Of a stretch of DNA of 64,000 nucleotides, positions 52,560 to 64,000 are shown in pieces. Source of the stretch: Paraspadella gotoi (taxonomy: Eukaryota; Animalia; Chaetognatha); the NCBI GenBank assembly GCA_051294375.1, contig CM119264.1, positions 3,205,575 to 3,269,574 on the forward strand, in the 5' to 3' direction. A model generated the notes under the pieces. That model made no database searches. It was not told where the DNA came from and saw only the letters and a list, made by a program, of their open reading frames with translations. The translations under genes and the position numbers were made by a program. Each line of letters begins with the position of its first letter. The first letter of the stretch is position 1.

Positions 52560-55500
52560 TGGTATTAAGATGCACGATAAAGGAATTGAGGGTGCATAAT
52601 CGGCCCGTTTAACGTGCAGCGTGAAGTTGGGTCAGGTGTGTTAAATGGCCGGAATAGATTCAGGCAGGATAGGAATTGAGGGTGTATATTCGACACGTGT
52701 AATATGTGCAGGGCAAGGGGTGGGAATTTGCAGGGGTTTGAGCCTGGTATATACTGTAGGGCGATAGTGAGTTAGGGAATTCAGTCGTCGCTCTATATTC
52801 GAGCCTCTGTGTATATATACTTGATTGCAGGCCGAATGAGAGTTAGGGGGAATTTCTGCAAGGTGTGCTTATAATTTCGAGCCTCCTCGCTCGTACCTAT
52901 ACCTCTCCTGATTGGCAGGGCGTGGAGTAGGGAATTTTGCAGGTGGTGTTATATTCGAGCCTCTGTGTATATATACTGATTGCAGGGCGAAGAGGGACCG
53001 TTAGGGATTTTGCAGTGGTGGTGCTTGTAAGTTGAAGCCTCTGTGTGAATATAATACTTGATTGGCCAGGGCGAATGAGGAGTTAGGGAATTTTGCACGA
53101 CCGGTTGAGTGCTCCTATAATTCGCTCCTGTGTTGATATACTGATTGGACAGGGCGAATGGGAGTTAGGGAATTTTATGCAGGGTGGTGCTTATAATTCG
53201 AGCCTCTGTGTATATATACTTGATTAGCAGGCGAATGAGAGTTAAGGGAATTTTGCAGTGTGTGCTTATTAATTCGAGCCTCTGTGTACTATACTATTAG
53301 TTGGACAGGGCCGAATGTGAGGAGTTTGGAATTTTTTGCAGAGGTGGTGCTCTATAATATCGAGCGTGCTGTGCTACTACTATACTTGATGGCAGGGCGA
53401 AATGAGGAGTTAGGGAATTTGGCAGGTATGCGTGTCTTCATAAATTCGATGCCATACTAGGTGGTATAATATACTTGATTGGCAGGGTCGAATGCAGGAG
53501 TTAGGAAGTTTGCAGGTGGTGCTTATTAATTCGAGCTCTGTGAAATATATATACTTGATTGGCCAGGGCGAATGAGGAGTTAGGGAATTTTGCAGGGTGG
53601 TGCTATAATTCGAGCCGGATCTGTCGGCATGAGTAGGAATTTTGAGTTCTTATAATGACCTTGAATTGATGACAGGGGCGAATGAGGAGTTAGGGAATTT
53701 TGCAGGTGGTGCTTATAATTCGAGCCTCTGTTATATATACTTGATTTGGCAGGGCGAATGAGGATTTAGGGAATTTGCAGGGTGTGCTTATAATTCGAGC
53801 CTCTGTGTATATATACTTGATTGGCCAGGGCGAATTACTGACGCGAGTTAGGGAATTTTGCAGGTGGTTGCTTATAATTCGAAGCCTCTGTGTACTATAT
53901 ACTTGATTGGCAGGTTGCGAAATGAGGAGTTAGGGAATTGCAGGGTGGTAGACTTATATTCGAGCCTCTGTGTATTATATACTTGCATTGGCCAGGCGAA
54001 TGAGCGAGTTAGGGGAATTTTGCATGTGGTGGCTTATAATTCGATGCCTCTGTGTATATATCTTGATTGGCAGAGGCGATGAGGAGATTAAGGATATTTG
54101 CGAGCGGTGGTGCTTATAATTCAGCCTCTGTGTATATATACTTGATTGGCAGGCGCGAATGAGGAGTTAGGAATTTTGCAGGGTGGCTGCTATAATTCGA
54201 GCTCTGTGTTAACTTATTTGGCAGGTGCGACATGAGTGAGATTAGGGAATTTTGCGGCGTGGAGCTTATATATTCGACTGCCTCTGTGTCCACTAATATA
54301 CTTGTATGGCAGGGCGAATGAGGAGTTAGGGAATTTTGTGCGAGCCGCGTGGGCTTATAACTCAGCTCTGTCTATAAACTATACTTGATTGGCAGGCGAA
54401 TGAGGAGTTAGGGAATTGTGCAGAGGTGGTGTATAATTCGAGCTTTTGCATATATACTTGATTGGCAGGGCGATCATGAGGAGTTAGGGAATTTCGGGTG
54501 GTGCTAGATCTCGGCGCTCTCGCTGTATACTATACTTGATTGGCAGGGCGAATGAGGAGTTAGGGAATTTTGCAGGGTGGTGCTTATAAATTCGAGCCTC
54601 TGTGTATATATAACTGATTGGCAGGCGCGCCAATGAGGAGTTAGGGAATTTGCAGGGTGGTGCTTTATTCGTGCCTCTTGTGTAATATATACTTGATTGG
54701 CAGTCGGCGAATGAGGAGTTAGGGAATTTCTTGCAGCATGGTTGCTTATAATCGGAGCCTCTGTGTATATATACTTGATTTGGACAGAGAGCGAATGGAG
54801 GAGGTTATTGCATGGGTGGTGCTTTATATTCCCGAGCCTCTGTGTATTATATACTTGATTGGACAGGCGAATGGTTCGGGAATTTTGCAGTGGTGTGCTC
54901 TATAATTTCGCAGCCTCTGGTGTCTAATATTACTGATTGGCAGGGCGGTGAATGAGGAGTTAGGAATTTTGCAGCGGTGGTGCTTATAATTCGAGCCTCT
55001 GTGTATATATACTTGATTGCAGGTGCGAATGAGGAGTTAGGGAATTTTGCAGGGTGGTGCTTATAATTCGAGCCTCTGTGTATATATACTTGAAATTGGC
55101 GAGGGCGAATGAGGAGTTAGGGAATTTGCAGAGGTGGTTCTTATAATTCGAGCCTCTGTGGTATATATACTTGATGGCAGGGCGAATGAGGAGTTAGGGA
55201 CTTTTGCAGCGGTGGTGCTTATAATACAGAGCCTCTGTGTATAGTATACTTGATTGCAGGGCGACTGAGAGTTAGGAATTTTGCAGGGTGGTGCTTATAA
55301 TGTCGAGCCTCTGTGTATAGTAGTGACTTGATTGGCAGGGCTGAATAAAGGATTTTGCAGGGTGGTGCTTATAATTCGAGCCTCTCGCTGGTATAATATA
55401 CATTGATATGAGCAGGGCGAAGAGGACGCTTAGGAATTTTGCATCGGTGGTGCTTATAATTCGAGCCTTCTGTGTATAATACTTGATTGGCAGGGCGAAT

Positions 55501-56257
55501 AGAGCGAGTAGGGAATTTTGCAGGGTGGTGCTTATAATTCGAGCCTCTGTGTATATATTACTTGATTGGCAGGCGATAGAAGGAAGTTAGGAATTTTGCA
55601 GTGTGAGTGCTTTATAATTCGAGCCCTCTGTGTATATATACTTGTATTGGCTAGGTGAATGATGCAGTTAGGGAATTTGCGGCTCGCGCTTATAATTCGA
55701 GAACTCTGTGTATATATACTTGATTGGCAAGGCGAATGAGGAGTTAGAGGAATTTTGCAGGCGTGCGTGCTTATAACTTCGCCTCTGTGAATATATACTT
55801 ATTCGGCAGGGCGAATGAGGAGTTAGGGAATTGTTGCAGGGCGTGGTGCTTATAATCGAGCCTCTGTGTATATATACTTGATATGGCCGGCGAAATGGAG
55901 TTAGGGAATTTTGCAGGGTGGTGCTTATATTCGGAGCCTCTGTGTATATATACTTGATTGCGGGCGAATGAGGAGTTAGGGAATTTTGCAGGGTGGTTGG
56001 CTTATAATTCGAGCCTCTGTGTATATATACTTGAATTGCAGGAGCGATGGAGGAGTTAGGGAATTTTGCAGGGTGGTGCTTATAATTCGAGCCTCTTGTG
56101 TATATATACTTGATTGGCAGGGGCGAATGAGGAGTTGGGAATTTTGAGCGGATGCGTGTGCTTATAATTTCGACCTCTGTGTATATATACTTGATTGGCA
56201 GGGCGAATTGAGGAGTTAGGGAATTTGCAGTGGTGCTTTATAATTCGAGCCTCTATA
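52560..56257 (+). repeat. 77-bp satellite array
   Basis: Consensus gagcctctgtgtatatatacttgattggcagggcgaatgaggagttagggaattttgcagggtggtgcttataattc, roughly 45-50 units. Confidence 0.95.
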
Positions 56258-58204
56258 NNNNNNNNNNNNNNNNNNNNNNNNNCTGATTAATTATTTGATT
56301 AATTGATACAATCTTGCTTTACATTAAAGAAAAAATGAAGCATAAATACAATTAGTGAACAGGTTCTTTGTTTTTTTTCTATTTGAACTCATTCTCACTC
56401 TAAACGATTCCATCGAAACTTTTTCTCTGCTCAATCACACACTTCTACCCAATAAAAAATTTCAAGTCAAATCGGCCCCCATCCACTCTATGAGTATATT
56501 GGTGTGATAAATAGTGAATTATATTATTTTTAGTTTTTTTAAACTCATTTACAACCATTCCACTCGGAACGAATATATCATGCGAAACTTTATTCCAGCT
56601 CAATTCAGACACTTCCTCTCCCCGCGCGTAGGTATAAAATTTCAATAATATTTAACTTTGAATGTAAAATTCTAACAAGTGGAGAGAACAACTATATTAA
56701 TAAACATTTATGTAATAAAAAATTTTATAATAAATTTCTACACATTTACGCCAGTAGGCCTATATTTTATACTAGTACTAAACCAATAAATGTTAAACAA
56801 TTAAGAACAGTTTTATATTAGATATTATATATATGAAGATATTGAAGAGAATATCGATACATAAAACGTTGCATAAAAAGGAAATATAACTCTTTTTGAA
56901 AAATTCCTTCATTAACGTGGGTCAAAAATAAAAAAAAACAATATTTTAAGCTAAAATTAACTTTTTATATATTATATATAGTTTTTTTAATTTTTAACCA
57001 ATTTAATGAAAGAATTTTTAAAAATGATTTAGTATTTTTTTATCACTTTTGATGAGGATTCAAATCTGCAAACTCTATAGAAATATTAATGAAAAATTTC
57101 TGTGCACGGTAGGGACTCATGATATGCGAAATTCTTGGATTTTTCGATTTTATAAGGATAGTACACATATATAAATTATACCTTACTGCGAAAATTTAAA
57201 AAAACATAAAATTAATTTTTTTACAAATTAATGTTCACTTGATGGTATGTTGTTTATAATTGACTTTTTAGAATTTTGTATGTAACTTTCACTACGCCTT
57301 ACTACCCACACACCAAATTCAATATTTCATTCCAATCATCCATCCAATCACGAGTAATTTGCTAAGTGGGACGGACAACACGACATATCTTCATCATAAT
57401 TCGATGTTCTTGACTTATGTTGTGAATGCTCCAAGATAGATGGGGCGGCACCTGGACTGACAAAGTGATTATAGAGATACTAATAATAAAAGTTCAATCG
57501 GTCTTGACTAGATTTCACCACCGCTTCACTAGTAAACGACGTAAACGAGTTCCGGCTCTGGAGCGTCTGTCCAGCTTCTTTTTCTTTCTCCTCTGTCTCT
57601 CTCTCTGATCTCTCTCTCTCTCTCTCTCTCTCTTGCTCTCTTCCTCTCTCTCTCCTCTCTCTTCTCTCTCTCTCTCTCTCTCTCCTTTTTTTTAAAATTT
57701 TTTTATTCACTTTTTTTTCGCTTTTCTTGTGTGATCAGTGAATCAGTTTAAAGTGTAAATCTGCAAATCTGCAAATAAAGGTATCTACGTAAGTTTTGAT
57801 TGCATTCTATTGGAAGAAGGAAAACCGACGACAACAAACAAAGAATTAAAACGATTAAAACAACGCCATAGATGACAACGAAAACGACGTCGAAGACACG
57901 ACGGGAAAATGACGACGACAAAGACGACAAAAAAGCCAATAATGAACTATACGATAATAAGAATCATTTGCATTATTGCAGAGATAAAACCATATAAACA
58001 AGTACATTTGATTTTTTTTTCATTTGGTTATTAAAGGTATTTTTAAAAATTCTATTAAAATTTTAGTATAATATCTTTATTTTAAAACAAATTACATTTC
58101 AGAATATATTCTATAATCAAAATTCTCTAAGAAAAATGAATTGGCATGTGTCACTTCCTTCTTGTCTAATAAAATTAAACAGATAAAAAAGTGTGGTGTG
58201 CCGA

Positions 58205-61200
58205 CATGCAGCATAAGTGGAATTGCATGGTGTATATTGAGCTCGTGATAATACTATGGCAGGCAAGTGAATTTGCAGGGTGCAAACGCCCTTAATAATT
58301 GTTGCAGGGCATAGTTAGGGATCGGGTTAAATTGAGCTTGTGTATATACTTGTCAGGGAATGGGAGTTAGAATTTGCAGGTGGTGCTAATTGCCATCGGT
58401 TACTTGTGCGCATGAGGTGCAGTGTGCTTATAATTCGAGCCTCTGTGATATTACTATGGGAATAGAGTTAATCAGGTTGCTAATTCGAGCCTGTTACTGT
58501 TGCAGCATGGATATTTTGCAATTGGTCTTATAATTCCTCGTGTTTTGATGCGGGCGAATAGAGTTAGGATGCAAGGTGTGGTGTTATAATTCGAGCCTCT
58601 GTCGCTATACCTCCATACTATGGCAGGGGAATGAGGAGTGGAATTTTGCAGGTGGTGCTTATATTGAGCCTCTGTGTATATATACTTGAATTGCAGGGCG
58701 AAGATGGGGTTAGGGATTTTGCAAGTGGTGGTGTGTGATATCGAAAGCTCTGTGTGATATATACTTGATTGGCACAGGGCGAAGTGGGAGTTAGGGAATT
58801 TGAGGACAAGGTTGAGTGCTCTATAATTCGAGCCTCCCTGGTGTGTATATACTGATTGGCAGGGCGAATGGGAGTTAGGGAATTTTTGCAGTGGTGGTGC
58901 TTATATTCGAGCCTCTGTGTATATATACTTGATTAGCAGGGCGAATGAGAGTTAGGAATTTTGCAGCCGGTGTGCTTATAATTCGAGCTCTGTGCTATAC
59001 TATACTATGGACAGGGCGAAATGGGAGTTTCAGGGAATTGTGGCAGGTGGTGCTCCTATAAATTCGATGCTCTGTGTCTCATATACTGATTGGCAGGGCG
59101 AATGAGGAGTTAGCGGAATTTGCAGAGTGGTGCTTCATAATTCGAGCCATAACTAGATGTATAATATACTTGATTGGCAGGGTCGAATGCAGGAGTTAGG
59201 GAATTTTGCAGGGTGGATGCTATTAATTCGAGCCCTGTGTATATAATACTTATGGCAGGGCGAATGAGGAGTTAGGGAATTTTGCAGGGTGTGCTTATAA
59301 ATTCGAGCCTCTGTGTTATATATATGATTGCAGGGCGAATGAGGAGTTAGGGAATTTTGCAGGGTGGTGCTTATAAATTCGAGCCTCTGTGTATATATAC
59401 TTGATTTGGCTAGGGCGAATGAGGATTAGGAATTTTGCAGGGTGGTGCTTATAATTCGAGCCTCTGTGTATATATACTTGATTGGCCAGGAGCGATTACC
59501 CTGAGGAGTTAGGGAATTTTGCGGTGGTGCTTATAATTCGAAGCCTCATGTGCTATTATACTGATTGGCAGGGCGAATGAGGTTAGGGAATTGCAGGTGT
59601 GAGTGACTTATATTCGGCCTCTGTGTATATATACTTGACTTCGGCAGGCGAATGAGGAGTTAGGGAATTTTTGCATGTGGTGTGCTTATAATCGATGCCT
59701 CTGTGGTATATATATGTGATTGCAGGGGCGATGAGGAGTATAGGAATATTTGCAAGGGTGGTGCTTATAATTCAGCCTCTGTGTATAATATACTTGATTT
59801 GGCAGGCGCGAATGAGGAGTTAGGAATTTTGCAGGGTGGCTGCTATAATTCGAGCTCTGTGTATATATGTTGGCAGGGCGAATGAGGATTAGGAATTTTT
59901 GCGCGGTGGATGCTATATATATCTCAGCCTCTGTGCCCTTATATATACTTATGGCAGGGCGAATGAGGAGTTAGGGTTTTTTGCAAGCGGTGGGTTATAA
60001 CCTCAGCCTCTGATCGTATAACTATAACTTGATTGGCAGGGAGATGAGGAGTTAGGGAATTGTGCAGGGTGGTGTCTATAATTCACTTTTGTATATATAC
60101 TTGATTGGCAGGAGCGATATGAGGAGTTAGGGAATTCGTTGCTGGTGGTGATAATCTGCGGCTCTGCTCCTGTATTATACTTGATTGGAGGCCGCGAATG
60201 AGGAGTTAGGAATTTTGCAGGTGGTGCTGTATAAATTCGAGCCTCTGTGTATATATACGTGACTTGGCAAGGCGCGCAATGAGAGTTAGGGAATTTGCAG
60301 GGTGGGTGCTTATTCGGCTCTGTGTATATATACTTGATTGCAGGGCGAATGAGAGTTAGGAACCTTCTTGCAGAGTGGTTGACTTATAAGTCAGCCTCTG
60401 TGTATATATACTTTGATTTGGACAGGAGCGGACTCGAGAGGTTATGTGATTAGGGTGGTGCTTATATTCGAGCCTCTGTGTTATATATACTTGATTGGCA
60501 GGCGCATGCCGAGTCTCAGGGAATTTTGCAGGTTGCGTCTATATAATTTTCGCAGCCTCTGGGTGTATATTACTTGATTGGCAGGGGGGAATGAGGAGTT
60601 AGGGAATTTTGCAGGGTGGTGCTTATAATATCGAGGCCTCTGGTGTATATATACTTGATTGCAGGTGCGAATGAGGAGTAGGGAATTTTGCAGGGTGGTG
60701 CTTATAATTCGAGCCTCTGTGTATATATACTTGAATTGGGCAGGGCGAATGAGGAGTTAGGGAATATTTGCAGAGGTGGTTGCTTATAATTCGAGCCTCT
60801 GTGGGTATATATACTTGATGGCAGGGCGAATGAGGGAGTTAGGGATTTTGCAGCGGTGGTGCTTATAATATCGAGCCTCTGTGTATAGTATACTTGATGG
60901 CAGGGCGAATGGAGTTAGGGAATTTTGCATGGTGTGGCTTAATATGTGCGAGCCTCTGTGTATGTATGGACCTGATTGGCAGGGCTGAATAGAGTAGGAT
61001 TTTGCAGGGTGGTGCTTATAATTCGAGCCTCTGCTGGTAATATACATTGATATGGCAGGGCGCCAAAGGAGTTAGGGAATTTTGCAGTCGGTGGTGCTTA
61101 TAATTCGAGCCTCTGTGTATAATACTTGATTGGCAGGGCGAATAGAGGAGTAGGGAATTTTGGCAGGGTGGTGCTTATAATTCGAGCCTCTGTGATATTT

Positions 61201-61897
61201 GATACTTGATGGCAGGCGAATGAAGGAAGTTAGGATTTTGCAGTTGTGGTGCTTTAAATTCGAGCCCTCTGTGTAATATACTTGATTGGCAGTGGAATGT
61301 AGAGTTAGGAATTTTGCAGGCTCGGCTCTATTAATTCGGAGCACTCTGTGTATATATACTTGATTGCAAGGGCGAATGAGGAGTTAGGGAATTTTGCCGA
61401 GTGGTGTTATAATCTCCAGCCTCTGTGATATATACTTGCATTCGGTTTAGGGGCGAATGAGGAGTTAGGAATTGTTGCAGGGTGGTAGCTATATAATTCG
61501 AGCCCTCTGTTGTAATATAACTTAGATATGGCAGGGCGAATAGGAGTTAGGAGAATTTTGCAGGGTGGTGCTTATATTCGAGCCTCTGTGTATATATACT
61601 TGATTTTGGCGGGCGAATGAGGAGTTAGGGAATTTTGCAGGTGGTTGGCTTATAATTCGAGCCTCTGTGTATATATACTTGAATTGCAGGAGCGAGGATG
61701 AGGAGTTAGGGAATTTTGCAGGGTGGTGCTTATAATTCGAGCCTCTGTGTATATATACTTGATTGGCAGGGCGAATGAGGAGTGGGAATTTTGAGCGGTG
61801 GTGCTTATAATTCGAGCCTCTGTGTATATATACTTGATTGGCAGGGCGAATGAGGAGTTAGGGATTTGCAGCGGTGGTGCGTTATATCGAGCCTCTT
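58205..61897 (+). repeat. 77-bp satellite array, second copy
   Basis: Same consensus, and variant units appear in the same order as in the first array. Confidence 0.95.
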
Positions 61898-62073
61898 GAT
61901 GGCGGTGGCACAAAAGATACTGCCGTGGCGAATGAAGGTGAAAGAGAAAGAGAAAGTTAAAACTGTAAAAGTAAAACAAAAAAATCCGAAATACAATCGT
62001 GACAAGAGATCAAAACAGTTTCCAAAAAAAAATATATAAAAAAAAATATATACGTGTATATATATATTATATA

Positions 62074-62114
<41 letters not shown>

Positions 62115-62664
62115 CATGAGGTTAATTTTCAAAATTTTAAAACCGACGGTGAGACTTGATAGAATATAAATGTAAATGTAAATATAAATATAAATATATA
62201 AATATAAATGTACAATTTACATAACTTGATAGAGATCAATAAGATTGATTAATGAAAGTAGACAAAATTTAATAATATAAAACTAAAAAATCGCTAAATA
62301 AACGTTAGAAAAAGATTTCTTGACAATAGTCGAAAATATTGCTTGAAATAAGAAAACCTGATTGCTTGAGATTGATTGATTGATTAACGTAGGCTTGATA
62401 AAGGCTGGTTAAAGGTCGAAATGTATTGCTTGATAAAAGTCACAAAGGTTTCGTCATAAAGGTCAAAGGTCAAAGGTTAAACTTAAAGCGAAGAAAAGAC
62501 GCAGAAAGATTTTTTTTTGTTTTGACGCTTGAGGCGCTGACAGGCGACAGGCGGTAAGAGTCAGGCGACAGGCGGCGGGAGATAGGCGACGCCGAAAGCG
62601 AAAATAAAGGTCGCGGGTGAAGCTGATGTATGGATGGATGACAGATGTGATAGGAGGGGTTAGG

Positions 62665-62932
62665 TCAGTCTGTCTGTCTGTCCCACTTACGTTAAAAATG
62701 CATCTAATTCTTCAATAGTTGGTTGTTCATTTGTTAAGACAGAAAAAAATCACAAATCTAAGTAACTGCTAGCGCCGTCTTCAGGAAATCCTAAGCGCAT
62801 GTCATAAATACACGGGCGAAGAACGTTTTTTAGTCATATCATATCATGTCTTGTCATATATTGTGATCAAAGAGAAACACATGTGTAAATAAAGTCACCG
62901 CGGCGCAACACACTGAATGAACCTATCTTGAT
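62665..62932 (+). mobile_element. HINE family B copy
   Basis: Reverse-complement homologue of 15468-15770 (gtctgtcccacttacgttaaaa...gtcaccgcggcgcaacac...cttg). Confidence 0.7.
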
Positions 62933-63811
62933 TTATTTCAATCCATTTATCTAATTTTGTTCGCCATTTTGGGATGAGAATAGAATGAGACAGATGGAGT
63001 TCGGAAGGAATTGAAGTGAGGCGAGGTGAGGTAAGTCGAGGATTCCATCCATAAAGGTGAGTTTTTTTTTAAGAGTCATTTCTTCGGTGGCAGAGAAGGT
63101 AAACAAACGTCTATCCTTTTAAATCTCAGTTCGTTTAACTTTCAAAGCGGAAATTTCTCGGAAATTTAAATCACCCACCAACCAGTATTCTTGCCAAGCC
63201 TGTCAAAATTTAAAACATTTAAAATTGAAATATTTAGCGATTTAAATATTTGGAAATGGCGGTAGTTTGGTTAATTTGTAATCCTTGAAAAATCTCTCTA
63301 ACTTTTATGCCAATTATCTCTTAACACAAAAAGAGATCCCAAACGATATGAAATTAAAAATACCGGGTAGTAATTTCGCTATTTTCTATTTTCCCTCTCA
63401 AACGAAACTGGTTTTACGAAAGAGTCTTTCTTTGTTCTCCTCGATTTTGTCGTTGTTGTTGTTATCCTCGTCGACGTCATAAAGGGTGACGATCAATGAA
63501 TGTCATCGTCGTTGTCGTCGTTGTCGTAATTGTCATCGTCGTTGTCGTAATTGTCGTTGTTGTTGTCGCATCAACGACGTCGTCGAAATCAAAGTCGTTG
63601 ACCGGTGTCGTCGTCGTCTTCGTCGTCGTATTAAGAAGAACCACCCATTTGATTTACGAACTTCTTAACGAATTATTGCGTTTCTCTTCATTTTACAAAT
63701 TTTTCCGAATTTCGCTTAACAAGTTTGAGTCTTTAATTCTTTTGTCCGTCGATCGTTTTAACAAAGTGAGAGAGACCTCCTGGGGAGATGCCTGTTAGAG
63801 AATAAGGCGTG

Positions 63812-63948
<137 letters not shown>

Positions 63949-64000
63949 CAAGACGCTTTATAAGGTTTCGTCAAAATGTTTGACGAAATCATTATCATAG

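Larger units (their letters stand above)
50595..61897. repeat. Tandem duplication across a 25-N gap: 50595-56257 and 56283-61897
   Basis: Same order of HINE fragment, nested palindromic MITE, unique spacer and satellite array in both copies. Differences are mostly single-base indels. Confidence 0.9.

Noticed and set aside
52560-61897. CRISPR-like regular array
   Set aside because: The whole 77-bp unit repeats with no unique spacers, there are no cas genes, and the context is eukaryotic.
62458-62480. AGGTCA-a-AGGTCA nuclear-receptor DR1 element
   Set aside because: It is a short local tandem repeat with no linked promoter, so function cannot be supported.

Overview
AT-rich, repeat-dense, intron-containing eukaryotic DNA, probably from an invertebrate; the species cannot be named from the sequence. 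It comes from a gap-filled assembly with four 25-N gaps (19580-19604, 35243-35267, 41527-41551, 56258-56282) and stretches that look like uncorrected long-read sequence. Host genes: (1) a plus-strand XK-related (Xkr) multi-pass membrane gene, with exons 10851-11347 and 13372-14017 splicing in frame, plus a large orphan membrane-protein exon present twice (22458-23574 frameshifted, 28431-29547 intact); (2) a minus-strand p24/TMED GOLD-domain gene rebuilt from five exons between 40695 and 33947, with a decayed paralogous exon at about 5940-6093. Mobile DNA: a decayed gag-only retroelement ORF (2555-4545); Penelope-like elements carrying minimal hammerhead ribozymes, one of which has both a filled and an empty site in this window; two Helentron-type non-autonomous (HINE) families, one carrying 18-bp minisatellites; several MITEs; and a 77-bp satellite. 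Three large near-identical duplications lie next to gaps and may be partly assembly artefacts. I found no clearly new system. The most promising leads are the Xkr locus with phase-compatible downstream exons, the gag-only ORF and the ribozyme-bearing Penelope family.
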